A stretch of 64,000 bases of DNA from a virus (lineage: Duplodnaviria; Caudoviricetes): the IMG/VR virus record IMGVR_UViG_3300025913_000019; one strand, 5' to 3'. The translations under genes were made by a program, and so were the position numbers. This document shows positions 15,147 through 24,898 of this stretch, one piece after another. Under the pieces are notes generated by a model. It was not told the origin of the DNA, searched no databases, and was given only the letters and a program-made list of their open reading frames with translations. Positions within the stretch are counted from its first letter, which is position 1, and the number at the start of each line of letters is the position of its first letter.

Positions 15147-16093
15147 CGAGCAACTACACCCACAGCGCTACGTTCGCGTCGCTGAAGGGCATCAAGGAAG
15201 AGCTGACCGAGAACTACACGACGTTCCAGCTGCTGACGACCCTCGACTACTTCATCGAGAACGCGATCGATCCGATCATCAGCGCCCATCCGGACCTGAC
15301 CGACGTGTACTTCTCCAAGGTCATCGCCTACCAGTTCGACAACCCGAACGTGAAGTGCAGCCGCAATGAGAAGGCGTCGCTGCCGCAACTTCTGTTCAAC
15401 GCGGTGACGACGCAGGGACGACGCAAGCGGGAGTTCCAGCGCAAGATGCTGCTCAACCGCGGGCTGCTCTTCGGACTCGTCTCGGTCTTCCTCAAGACTG
15501 TAAATACGTATCGGAAGTTGCACAGCCCGCACGTGAAGTTGCGTCGGGCTCAGCGACTGGTACTTCGTCAGCTTGCCGAGGAGCGGACGGGCTCGTCCCA
15601 CATCTTCCCTGCGATCCTGCAGGTGGAGTTCTGGATTCAGCACGCCTACCACTTCAAGGAACTGATCGTCCAGAAGTACACGCGCCTGGCGTCGAACCAG
15701 GCGCGCAAGACATACATGGACGTCAACTGCGACAAGAGCCTGGACGACATCATCCAGGTGTACATGGTCTTCCTCGCCAAAGCGATCGACCGATGCGACA
15801 GTCGGCAGGGCGTGCTGACGGAGTACATCAAGTACTGGTTCTACTCGGCGAAGTCCGAGATCATGAAGGAGGTAGCCAAGGACGGGCTCAACACGAGTTA
15901 CGATCAGCTGCTCGAATCGGGCATCGACTCGCAGTCGGTTGATCCTGACACCCAGTTCGAGGCGGCGCAGCACATCTGTGCGACCGCCAAGGGACTCGAT
16001 CCAACGGGAGCGTATCGGTTTGCGCTCCACATCCCCGAGCACTACAGCAACGCGGATCTCCGCAAGCTGCAACTTTTCACCACAACCAACTGA
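15143..16093 (+). CDS. Divergent sigma70-family RNA polymerase sigma factor
   Basis: Region-2-like LIVQKYTRLASNQARK...LDDIIQ...LAKAIDRCDSRQGVLTEYIKYWF. Confidence 0.65.
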   Translation: MTSNYTHSATFASLKGIKEELTENYTTFQLLTTLDYFIENAIDPIISAHPDLTDVYFSKVIAYQFDNPNVKCSRNEKASLPQLLFNAVTTQGRRKREFQRKMLLNRGLLFGLVSVFLKTVNTYRKLHSPHVKLRRAQRLVLRQLAEERTGSSHIFPAILQVEFWIQHAYHFKELIVQKYTRLASNQARKTYMDVNCDKSLDDIIQVYMVFLAKAIDRCDSRQGVLTEYIKYWFYSAKSEIMKEVAKDGLNTSYDQLLESGIDSQSVDPDTQFEAAQHICATAKGLDPTGAYRFALHIPEHYSNADLRKLQLFTTTN

Positions 16094-16101
16094 GAGAACA
16101 C

Positions 16102-17682
16102 ATGGATCTCGACGACGCAAAAACAAGCCGCGGTGGCGACCGCGTTCCCGGCATGGCCGACCTCGTGGAGGTCTTCAAGTTCCCGCCGAAGAAGTGGGCG
16201 CCGGTTCGTCTGCTGAAGGGCATCGTCTCGACCGCGGGCTACTGGGTCAAGACCACGTCGAAGGACGGGAAGAAGACGGCGTTCTACACGGTGTGCCCGA
16301 GCTACGATCCGGCGACGCAGGAGCGCGACTCCACGAAGTTCGACCCGTGGCGCGACCTCCAGTCGGCCGAGCAGGCCAAGCTCGAAGCCGACGGGGTGGA
16401 CAAGGCCAAGTGGCGCGACAAGATGCATGTCCAGTACTCGCAGTACTACTGGATCAACGCCATCATCCGCGCGCTGCAGAAGGCCGAGCCGGCGTCGCTG
16501 CCGAAGCACACGAAGAAGGAAGCCAAGTCGGGCTTCAAGGAGAAGGAGAGCGACAGCTGGACGCCGGTGCGTGTGCTCCGCGTCAGCCGCTCGCTGGCCG
16601 AGAAGATCAAGAAGCTCAAGGGCCTCAACATCGTCGAGTCGAGCTCCGGCGCCTCGAAAGCGTTCCCGCTCGATGACCCGAAATTCGGCCGCGATCTCCG
16701 CATCCAGCACGACCCCGACGTGTCGCCGTCCGAGCAGTACAGCCTCTCGATGGGCGACAAGCGCACGAAGCTGACCGAGGAAGAGCTGGCCTACCTGACG
16801 TGGGACCTGGAAGGCGCGGCCGAGAAGTGCTCGGTGACGTCGAGCGAGGACGAAGTCCTGCGCGACTACGAGTCCTGGGCCAAGCGCAACGGCATCAAGA
16901 CCAAGATCAAGTCGAAGAAGGCGAAGGCCAAGGACGACGACGAGGACGAAGACGCCGACGACTCGGATGATGACGAGGACGACGAAGACGAGAAGCCAAA
17001 GTCGAAGTCGAAGAAGGCCGCGGCCGCGAAGTCCAAGTCGAAGAAGACCGACGACGAGGACGATGAAGACGACTCGGACGACGGCGAGGATGATGACCTC
17101 GACGAGGACGACGAGGACGAGAAGCCCAAGGGCAAGAAGGCAGCTGCGAAGAAGGCGCCGGCCAAGAAGAAGGCCAAGTCGGACGACGACGAGGACGACG
17201 ACTTCGATGATGAAGACGACGACGGCGATGACGACGAGGACGAGGACGAGAAGCCCAAGTCGAAGTCGAAGAAGGCGTCGCCGGCCAAGGGCAAGGCCAA
17301 GAAGAAGTCGGACGACGAAGACGACCTCGATGAAGACGACGAGGACTCCGATTCGGACGACGACGAGGACTCGGACGACTTCGATGACGACGAGGACGAG
17401 AAGCCCAAGTCGAAGAAGGGTGCCAAGGCCAAGCCGGCTGCGAAGAAGGCGCCGGCCAAGAAGAAGGCCAAGGACGAGGACGAAGACGACGACTTCGATG
17501 ATGAAGACGAAGACGACGACTCGGATTCGGACGACGACGAGGACGACGAGGACGAGAAGCCCAAGTCGAAGTCGAAGAAGCCTGCTGCGAAGAAGGCACC
17601 GGCGAAGAAGACGGCGGCCAAGGGCAAGAAGAAGCCCGCCGACGACGAAGACGAAGACGAAGACGACTTCGACGACGAGTAA
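16102..17682 (+). CDS. gp32-like ssDNA-binding protein with ~260-aa charge-blocked tail
   Basis: VRLL, YYWINAII, DPKFGRDLRI motifs; position before the recombinase; acidic/basic repeats. Confidence 0.65.
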   Translation: MDLDDAKTSRGGDRVPGMADLVEVFKFPPKKWAPVRLLKGIVSTAGYWVKTTSKDGKKTAFYTVCPSYDPATQERDSTKFDPWRDLQSAEQAKLEADGVDKAKWRDKMHVQYSQYYWINAIIRALQKAEPASLPKHTKKEAKSGFKEKESDSWTPVRVLRVSRSLAEKIKKLKGLNIVESSSGASKAFPLDDPKFGRDLRIQHDPDVSPSEQYSLSMGDKRTKLTEEELAYLTWDLEGAAEKCSVTSSEDEVLRDYESWAKRNGIKTKIKSKKAKAKDDDEDEDADDSDDDEDDEDEKPKSKSKKAAAAKSKSKKTDDEDDEDDSDDGEDDDLDEDDEDEKPKGKKAAAKKAPAKKKAKSDDDEDDDFDDEDDDGDDDEDEDEKPKSKSKKASPAKGKAKKKSDDEDDLDEDDEDSDSDDDEDSDDFDDDEDEKPKSKKGAKAKPAAKKAPAKKKAKDEDEDDDFDDEDEDDDSDSDDDEDDEDEKPKSKSKKPAAKKAPAKKTAAKGKKKPADDEDEDEDDFDDE

Positions 17683-17700
17683 CCGTCACCCGTGAGCGCC

Positions 17701-17734
17701 AAGGGCCCGCTGGATTCTGGTCCAGCGGGCCCTT
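17701..17734 (+). terminator. Hairpin/terminator
   Basis: 14-bp perfect stem AAGGGCCCGCTGGA/TCCAGCGGGCCCTT. Confidence 0.65.
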
Positions 17735-17760
17735 TCCATTTCAGACTCTCAAGGATAGCA

Positions 17761-19353
17761 ATGGCTACCAAGACTCCCACGAAGCCAGTGAAAAAGGCGG
17801 CTGCGAAGCCTGCGGTCAAGAAGCCGAGCCCGAAGGCGCGTGCTGCCGCGAAGGAAGAAGCCACGAAGGCGATCGCCAAGGCGAAAGCGAAGCCGGTCAA
17901 GAAGGCGCAGGTCGAGGCCGACGAGCCGCCGCAGCGCAAGAAGAAGGGTGTGGTCGGCCTCGACCTCATCTCCATGTACAGCGAGACCATGGACGTGATC
18001 GCGAAGCGGCAAGGCTTCGAGTCCTCCAGCCTGGAAGCAAGCCCGCCCATGAGCACGGGCCTGCTGACGGTCGACATGCTGCTGGGCGGCGGTGCGCGTC
18101 CGTGTATGCTGACCGGCGCGGGCAACGAGCAATGCGCGAAGACGACCCTGGCGCTGGTCGCCATGGCGAACTCGATCAAAGAGCAGATCCCGGTCATCGC
18201 CTTCATCGACTACGAGGGCTCGACCAAGAACTCGAAGCCTTACGTGGCATCGATCCTCAAGACCTGCGGCATCAACATGTCGGTCGACCAGCTCTTCGGG
18301 AAGAAGGACAAGAAGACCGGCAAGTGGATCACGCCGCCGCGCGTCCGGTACCGCTCCGAGACCATCCTGGAGAAGTTCTACGACTGGATGTCGGAGATCC
18401 TTCGCGACCTGCCGGACAAGCGCTTCGTCGAGAACGAGTGGTGGCTCATCTTCGAGGACAACAAGAAGAAGGGCATGCGTGCCAAGCTCGGCGACAACAT
18501 CGACCAGGGCATGACCCGCAAGTACGGCAACGGCCTGTGGGTCAAGGCCGACGACGGCAAGATGCAGGGCATCGTCTTCGTCGACTCGTACACGGCGATG
18601 CAGCCGAAGATCAAGGACGAGGAAGAGATCGGCAACCAGTTCTCGGTCAAGGCCTCGGCGTTCTCGAAGCAGCTCGAGCGCATCAAGGGCCGCATGGCCG
18701 AGAAGATGGTCATGGTGTGGGGCCTGAACCACCTGCGCCAGAACCCCGGCCAGATGTACGGCCCGAAGGAAACCGAGAAGGGCGGCGAAGCCCTGAAGCA
18801 GTTCTCCGATGTCCGCATCCGCCAGACCTCCAGGTCCGACTCCGCGCATCCGTTCAAGGCCGGCATGGTCACGAACAAGAAGTTCAAGGAAGTCGAAGCC
18901 TCGGTCGAGCACAAGGGCACGCAGGACAAGTACCGCCTGGTCCACCTGAAGACGGTGAAGAACAAGCTCTGGACTCCGGAGCGCGAGACCTTCATCCGCA
19001 TTTGGGTCGAGGACGGCGCCGGCGAAGCTCGTGGCATCGACCCGGTCTTCGACACGCTGCTGTTCCTGAAGGAGACCGGCCAGATCAGCGGCAGCCGCAA
19101 GGCCTTCAAGCTGAACTTCGGCGATCAGGGCGTTTCCAAGCCCATCACGTGGCAGGACCTGAAGCTGTGGATTCTCGGCTCCAAGGAAGAGATGGTCGCC
19201 ATGTCGAAGAAGGCTGGCTACAAGCCGATGAACCTGCGCTCCCTCTGCTTCAAGCAGATCAAGAGCGGCGTTGCCGAGGACAAGTATGTCGAGGCCATGA
19301 ACGGCAAGGCCAGCGGTGGCGAGGACGAAGACGACGAGGACAGCGAGGACTGA
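17761..19353 (+). CDS. recA: RecA/UvsX-like recombinase
   Basis: STGLLTVDMLLGGG; GNEQCAKTT; IVFVDSY; LNHLR...ETEKGGEALKQFSDVRI. Confidence 0.9.
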   Translation: MATKTPTKPVKKAAAKPAVKKPSPKARAAAKEEATKAIAKAKAKPVKKAQVEADEPPQRKKKGVVGLDLISMYSETMDVIAKRQGFESSSLEASPPMSTGLLTVDMLLGGGARPCMLTGAGNEQCAKTTLALVAMANSIKEQIPVIAFIDYEGSTKNSKPYVASILKTCGINMSVDQLFGKKDKKTGKWITPPRVRYRSETILEKFYDWMSEILRDLPDKRFVENEWWLIFEDNKKKGMRAKLGDNIDQGMTRKYGNGLWVKADDGKMQGIVFVDSYTAMQPKIKDEEEIGNQFSVKASAFSKQLERIKGRMAEKMVMVWGLNHLRQNPGQMYGPKETEKGGEALKQFSDVRIRQTSRSDSAHPFKAGMVTNKKFKEVEASVEHKGTQDKYRLVHLKTVKNKLWTPERETFIRIWVEDGAGEARGIDPVFDTLLFLKETGQISGSRKAFKLNFGDQGVSKPITWQDLKLWILGSKEEMVAMSKKAGYKPMNLRSLCFKQIKSGVAEDKYVEAMNGKASGGEDEDDEDSED

Positions 19354-19354
19354 C

Positions 19355-20023
19355 ATGATCGAGACTCTAGTTGGTGCCAGTCAGGCCCAGCTGGATCATG
19401 AGGACGCCCTCACCCGAGGGCTCCTCACGGTCGCGTACTCTGATCCCGCGGCACCCAAGGCTGAGAAGCCGAAGGTCAGCCGCTTCGGGACACGTCAGAG
19501 TCGCTTCTGGTTCCGGCTGGAGACACTGACCGAAGAAACGAACCGCCGCAAGGCGCAGTTCAAGCCGAAGGAGCTCGAGCACATCGACTCCGCGGTCGTC
19601 GCTCGCCTCAGGTCCTTCACGAAGGAGATCCCACTCGACCTCAAGACCCGAATCGAGCAGGTACGCGAGTTCTTCCTCAAGGAGTTGTCGCCGCTGACCA
19701 TGGCGTCGTCGGGCGGCGCACTGCAGGCCAAGGAGGTTGCCGAGCGCATGTTCAAGACCGAGGTTGACCCGGCCTTGTTCTCGCGCTTCGACAACATGGT
19801 CAATCGCGCCGCAACCATCAAGGTTGCCCTGTTCGTCAAGTCCTATTTTGATTTGCCGGACGAGTACATCTCGTCGCTGCTCGGACCACAGCAGCACAAT
19901 CCTGACTCGGACTTCCAGAAGCTGCAAGCGATGATGAAGCAGCTCGTCGAATCGCAGACCGAGCATGGACGGCAACTCAAGAAGGTGGCAACCAATGTCT
20001 CACAACGAAAACCTCGACCGTAA
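19355..20023 (+). CDS. Hypothetical protein upstream of terminase
   Basis: ATG 2 nt after the recA stop; overlaps terL start. Confidence 0.75.
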   Translation: MIETLVGASQAQLDHEDALTRGLLTVAYSDPAAPKAEKPKVSRFGTRQSRFWFRLETLTEETNRRKAQFKPKELEHIDSAVVARLRSFTKEIPLDLKTRIEQVREFFLKELSPLTMASSGGALQAKEVAERMFKTEVDPALFSRFDNMVNRAATIKVALFVKSYFDLPDEYISSLLGPQQHNPDSDFQKLQAMMKQLVESQTEHGRQLKKVATNVSQRKPRP

Positions 20024-22100
20024 GGTCGCAGCCATGTTCCCCGGGCTCATGCCCGGGGGTTACGTTCCGGAGCACGAACCCGCTTCGGAAGACTCGACCA
20101 TCCTGGTGCCGAAGAAGCACTACGATGACGACTTCGACATCGTCAAGCTGATGGCCGAGTCGAAGGACCCGGACACGGGTCTGCTGCGCGATCTGAAGAT
20201 CGACGACCGCGACCTCGCGTCTGCCGGCTCGTACTACGACTACTGCTTCAACATCATCGGCAAGGATGCGCACCCGCCGTGGATCGTGCAGATGTGGATC
20301 GGCCTCATGCTGTTCGCAGAGGTGTGCCCGTGCTGCTCGAACAAGAAGTGGTTGAACCTCGAGTGGTTCGTTGCCAACGTGCCGAAGCAGAAGCCCAGCT
20401 TCGACATCAAAGAAGGTATCGAGATCCTGCATCACGGCAAGTGCCCGAAGTGCAAGCGCAAGAAGTGGGAGCTCATCACCGACCACGGGCTGCACAACTT
20501 CACCGAACTCGTGAACGTGCTGGGTCAGCGCTCGGGCAAGTCGTCCAGTGCTGCATCGTACGCCAGCTACCACACGCATCGGATGCTGAAGTTCCCTCGA
20601 CTCGCCGACTTGACCACGTCGATGCAGAAGTCGACCGAGCTGACGACTACGTTCGTGAGCTTGACCTACGACAAGGCTTTCGCGCTGCTGTGGACGCCGT
20701 ACCGCAACATTATCAACGAGAGCGCGTGGTTCGACCAGTACCACGAGATGCTGGACTACTACGGCAACAAGTACGGCATGGAGCTGTACCGGAAGAAGGA
20801 CGAGTTCATCAAGTACTTCCATCGTGGGCTGAAGATGTACCCCACGAACCCGAAGTCGCAGACCCTTCGCGGTGACACGCGTGTCATGGCGCTGGTTGAC
20901 GAGTTGGGCCTGTTCCCGCTGCCGACCGGCAACGACGAGGAAGATGAGAAGTCGGATCGCGCGAACAGCGACGAAGCCCACAAGTCGCTGACCAACTCGC
21001 TGGTGACCGTGCAGGCGATTCAGAACCGCCTGCTGTCGGAAGGCCTGAACTGCCCGCCGGCATTGATGCTCGGCGTCTCCAGCCCGATCTCGATCCGCGA
21101 CAAGGTCATGCGTCTGCTCGCCGACTCTCGGACCGAGGAAGGCAAGAAGTACATCCTGGGCGTCAACCTGCCGACGTGGCACGTCAACCCCAGCATCGAG
21201 CGTGACACGCCGATCATCGCGCTGGCGTACGCACGCAATGCTGAGAAGGCAGAACGTGACTTCGGCGCCAACCCGCCGCGAGTCCACCAGACGTACATCA
21301 AGCCGGAGCAGGTGCCGCACAAGCTGTTCGCCGGCAAGAACACGCACATCCTGCGCCACCACTACGACCAGCCGGGTCTCGTCTACGGCAAGCTGCAGCA
21401 GGTCTACACGCCCCGATTCCCGTCGGTGGTGTGCCTCGATGCCGGCCACTCGAACAACAGCTTCACGCTGGTGGGTGCGCACTTCGACTTCGTGCGGCAG
21501 AAGACCGTGATCTCGACGATCCTCGAAGTCATGGCACACGACGGTCGCAAGGTCGACTTCAACCTCGTCTACACCAACGTGATCCTGCCGGTCATGAAGG
21601 ACCTGAACGCGGTGGCGTTGATCGCTGACCAGTGGCAGTCGCTCGACATCCTGAGCCGTGCACGTGCCGACATGGGCAAGGCGCTCATCAATGGCAAGGA
21701 GAAGGATCGGTGTCTGACCAAGCAGTACAGCCCGCGCCCGAAGGACTTCGAGTCGCTGGTGTCGATGCTTGAGAACGGCAGCTACGAGCTTCCCTTCCTG
21801 TCGGAAGCGGACTACAAGCACGTGTGCACCGAGTACATCGAGTTCAAGACGCTGCGGGAGCAGCCGACCAAGCATCTGCTGCTGCAGATGCTGACCGTGG
21901 CCGACGGCGGGTTCAACAAGTGCCCGACCAAAGGCCCTGGCTTCACCGACGACATCTTCCGCGCTACGGTGCTGACGACCCTGATCCATTTGCCCGCGGT
22001 TATGGAGCGACTGGTCGAGGCCAACAACAGCTACGTGAAGGAAGCAAAAGCGATGCCCATGCCGGCATTCCTGGGTCGCTCGGCAGTGCATTATCGCTGA
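19995..22100 (+). CDS. terL: Terminase large subunit
   Basis: LGQRSGKS (Walker A), ALVDELG (Walker B), VCLDAGHSNNSF nuclease motif, TDDIF. Confidence 0.9.
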   Translation: MSHNENLDRKVAAMFPGLMPGGYVPEHEPASEDSTILVPKKHYDDDFDIVKLMAESKDPDTGLLRDLKIDDRDLASAGSYYDYCFNIIGKDAHPPWIVQMWIGLMLFAEVCPCCSNKKWLNLEWFVANVPKQKPSFDIKEGIEILHHGKCPKCKRKKWELITDHGLHNFTELVNVLGQRSGKSSSAASYASYHTHRMLKFPRLADLTTSMQKSTELTTTFVSLTYDKAFALLWTPYRNIINESAWFDQYHEMLDYYGNKYGMELYRKKDEFIKYFHRGLKMYPTNPKSQTLRGDTRVMALVDELGLFPLPTGNDEEDEKSDRANSDEAHKSLTNSLVTVQAIQNRLLSEGLNCPPALMLGVSSPISIRDKVMRLLADSRTEEGKKYILGVNLPTWHVNPSIERDTPIIALAYARNAEKAERDFGANPPRVHQTYIKPEQVPHKLFAGKNTHILRHHYDQPGLVYGKLQQVYTPRFPSVVCLDAGHSNNSFTLVGAHFDFVRQKTVISTILEVMAHDGRKVDFNLVYTNVILPVMKDLNAVALIADQWQSLDILSRARADMGKALINGKEKDRCLTKQYSPRPKDFESLVSMLENGSYELPFLSEADYKHVCTEYIEFKTLREQPTKHLLLQMLTVADGGFNKCPTKGPGFTDDIFRATVLTTLIHLPAVMERLVEANNSYVKEAKAMPMPAFLGRSAVHYR

Positions 22101-22119
22101 TGACCAGGTGGTGCTGTCG

Positions 22120-22128
22120 CAATTTTAT
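22120..22128 (+). promoter_or_regulatory. Motif B (CAATTTTAT)
   Basis: Intergenic, ~30 nt before ruvC; CAATTTTATG[C/G]CAA shared with 27536. Confidence 0.55.
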
Positions 22129-22157
22129 GCCAATACAGAGACTGAGGCAGCACCACC

Positions 22158-22817
22158 ATGGTACGCAAGAGCAAGAAGCCGCCCAAACCCAACACACCAT
22201 ACACGCTGCCGAAACACCTCGGCGGTGATCCCGAGAAGCTGGTCCTGGCGATGGACCCGGGGTCGCGCAATTTCGGAATCGCACTCGTCGGACTCGAGAA
22301 CGGACAGCCCAGGTGCTACCTGAACTCGGTGATGATGCGGCCGGTCAATGACCTGGTCGCCTTCGCTCGAACTCGGAAGAACTTCTTGATCGAGGTCGCG
22401 GCGTGGATGAAGTATCAGCCCGGTGGCGTAGTCGCTGAGCGGTTTCAGACCCGCGGCGGCTCCAGCATGGGCCCGCTGATCGAACAGGTCTCGGCCATGC
22501 TCGGCCTCATCGCAGGTTCGTACCCGAACGTCCCGATCAAGCTGACCATCGCGTCCGTGTGGAAGAACTCGATGCAGCGTCGCTTCGCCGACGAGTATCG
22601 CGGCCACGTGGACTACGCGAATGACGAGGGCGAGTTCGATCTGCGCGCTGTCTACAAGCGCATCAAGGTCGAGCCGCATCAACTCGACGCCAGCCTCATC
22701 GGCATCTACGGCCTCGAGCAAGGTCTCAACATCGTGATCGACTTCGACTTCGAGGACTGGGTGTCTCAAGTCGAGGCGAGCTCTCGCATTCCGCTGCGCA
22801 AGAGGCGCGGCACCTGA
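22158..22817 (+). CDS. ruvC: RuvC-like Holliday junction resolvase
   Basis: LAMDPGSRNFG, VVAERF, HQLDAS. Confidence 0.85.
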   Translation: MVRKSKKPPKPNTPYTLPKHLGGDPEKLVLAMDPGSRNFGIALVGLENGQPRCYLNSVMMRPVNDLVAFARTRKNFLIEVAAWMKYQPGGVVAERFQTRGGSSMGPLIEQVSAMLGLIAGSYPNVPIKLTIASVWKNSMQRRFADEYRGHVDYANDEGEFDLRAVYKRIKVEPHQLDASLIGIYGLEQGLNIVIDFDFEDWVSQVEASSRIPLRKRRGT

Positions 22818-22832
22818 CATCAAGGAGTCACC

Positions 22833-24152
22833 ATGAAAGTCCCGAAGGCATGGGCCAACGGCAAGGCGCCGACAAGCCTCACCGCGTTCCAACTCGACGC
22901 ACACAACCTGGTGCCGAAGCCGGCCGCGCGTCTGGCCTCGAAGGTCGAGCCGACGAAGACCAAGATCGTGGCTCGTGGCGACACGCTGATCGAGCAGCCG
23001 GGCACCAAGATCGAAGCCGACGGTGACGTCGCGCGCTGGTGGGTCGAGATGAGCCCGGAGTCGAAGAAGGAGTACGTGGCCGAGCACCCGAACTCCAAGT
23101 ACGCGGACATGCACCGCAAGGAAACGGGTGAGAGCCCGGCTCCGAAGACCGACAACGAGGTCAAGCCTGCGGGTCCTGCCAAGGAGCAGCCGGCTCCGAA
23201 GTCCCAGCCGAAGAAGCACGGTCCCGGCCACAAGGGCCATGCACCTGCGCAGAAGCCGAAGGCTCCGAGCCAACAGCCGCCTGCCAGCGCCGAACACGAG
23301 AAGGTCGGCACACCGGACAAGGCTTCGGTGCTCAAGTCGCTTCACGACGATCCGCACATGCAGCCGAACAGCCCGGAGCGCAAGGGCGCCGTCGGCTTCC
23401 TGCGAAAGAAGACCGGCCACATCATCTCGCACCTGAAGAAGGATGCGAAGGAGTGGAAGGTCGCTGGCGTCGCGATGAAGAAGCTGGCGACCCGTCAGCC
23501 GCTCGATCATGCCGACAAGCACGCGATGGGTGCGGTCGCCGCCGACATCGCAGCCGTGACCGTGAGCCTGGCTCTGACCGGTGGTGCCGCTCACGGCATC
23601 GTCGCATTCCTCCAGCACTTCGGCACCCACATGGCGCAAGAAGCAATGCTGAAGGCCGCGATCAAGGGTGCAGCCGGTGCCGCAGCTCATGCGTCGGTCA
23701 AGGTCCTCAGCTCGGACCCGGAAGAAGATCGCGCGATGCAGAACGTCATCAAGGAGATGATGGACATGCTCGAGCACGGCGACCTCGAAGAGCTGGCGCG
23801 CAAGTTCGAGGCCGAAGCGCAGAAGGAAGGCAAGGGCGGCGAAGCCAAGAAGGAAATGCGCGAGGCCTCCGTGACTGCTACGACCTTCAACGATGCCATT
23901 CGCGGACTGCGCAAGGATTTCGTCGAGGTCAGCGCCAAGCTGGACATGAGCGCCGAAGTGGCCGGGGCTGGCAACTGCCCCGAGTGCAAGAAGCCCATGA
24001 CCATCGCCCTCGTGTCGGCCACCGGCGCAGACGGCGACGAAGCCCCGAGTTACGCGTGCAGCGCCTGCCGCATCTCCATTCCCATCCCGGACGATCATGA
24101 CTACTTCAACAGCAACGCTCCTGAAAAAGAAGGCCAAGCTCAAGTCGGGTGA
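22833..24152 (+). CDS. Hypothetical protein with C-terminal Zn ribbon
   Basis: CPEC...CSAC at C-terminus; AAGGAG SD. Confidence 0.75.
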   Translation: MKVPKAWANGKAPTSLTAFQLDAHNLVPKPAARLASKVEPTKTKIVARGDTLIEQPGTKIEADGDVARWWVEMSPESKKEYVAEHPNSKYADMHRKETGESPAPKTDNEVKPAGPAKEQPAPKSQPKKHGPGHKGHAPAQKPKAPSQQPPASAEHEKVGTPDKASVLKSLHDDPHMQPNSPERKGAVGFLRKKTGHIISHLKKDAKEWKVAGVAMKKLATRQPLDHADKHAMGAVAADIAAVTVSLALTGGAAHGIVAFLQHFGTHMAQEAMLKAAIKGAAGAAAHASVKVLSSDPEEDRAMQNVIKEMMDMLEHGDLEELARKFEAEAQKEGKGGEAKKEMREASVTATTFNDAIRGLRKDFVEVSAKLDMSAEVAGAGNCPECKKPMTIALVSATGADGDEAPSYACSACRISIPIPDDHDYFNSNAPEKEGQAQVG

Positions 24153-24891
24153 CGGCCTCACCAAGGTGCCGCAACGCAAGACCGTGAAGCACGCCAACGA
24201 TGACATCCCCGTCAAGCGTCGCGCGCGGTCTCTCGTCATCGGCGGTACCGCCTCGAAGCGGAACCCCGCGGTCGAAGAGCTGGAACACGAGCGCGCGAAG
24301 AAGAAAAAGAAGAAGCCCAGCCACGCGCTCGTGATCCCGAAGCTGAAGAAGGACAACCTGCCGGCGCGACTGGAGAAGCCTGCGACCAAGCGCATCTCGA
24401 AGCTCAACCCGAACAAGCTGAAGTCGATCCTGGGCGACAGTGCCGAGCAGATCAACCAGCTGCTGGAGTCGGATGCGAACGAGAGTGCGCAAGCCCTGTT
24501 GCTGAAGCGCCTCGCGCAGGCCACGCTCGACATGCTGCCGTATGCGGAACACGCGATCCGCAAGACCAAGGGTGCGCGCGGCGTCTACCAGTACAACTCC
24601 CTCATCACGTCGATCCGTGAACTCGTGATCGACATGCAGTCCAGCCGTGACAAGGGAGCACTGGGCGACGCACTGATCGAGAAGATCCTGCGGCCGGTGT
24701 TCCTCGACATCGCGGTGACGCTGATGAAGGAAGACCAGATGCTGAACAACTCGGTCAAGGCCGTGACTTCGGTCGAGGTCGCGAAGCACATCGAGCAGGA
24801 GAAGAAGGCCTCGATGGTCCGCATCTCCGAGTTCATCCAGCGCAAGTACGACGACGTGAAGCGCGACACGATCTCGTTCCTGCAGCAGTGA
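24097..24891 (+). CDS. Hypothetical protein (basic N-terminus, helical C-terminus)
   Basis: 264-aa ORF with strong codon bias. Confidence 0.75.
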   Translation: MTTSTATLLKKKAKLKSGDGLTKVPQRKTVKHANDDIPVKRRARSLVIGGTASKRNPAVEELEHERAKKKKKKPSHALVIPKLKKDNLPARLEKPATKRISKLNPNKLKSILGDSAEQINQLLESDANESAQALLLKRLAQATLDMLPYAEHAIRKTKGARGVYQYNSLITSIRELVIDMQSSRDKGALGDALIEKILRPVFLDIAVTLMKEDQMLNNSVKAVTSVEVAKHIEQEKKASMVRISEFIQRKYDDVKRDTISFLQQ

Positions 24892-24898
24892 GGCTCAA

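Noticed and set aside
16903-17682. Repetitive DNA as CRISPR array or VNTR
   Set aside because: Repeats are degenerate, in-frame and codon-driven; no constant repeat/unique spacer pattern anywhere in the window
19355-20023. Terminase small subunit call (also 24097-24891)
   Set aside because: Position is suggestive but no recognisable motif
20315-20465. CPCC...CPKC segment in terminase as intein or intron
   Set aside because: No intein C1/HN motifs or frame break; looks like a Zn-binding insertion
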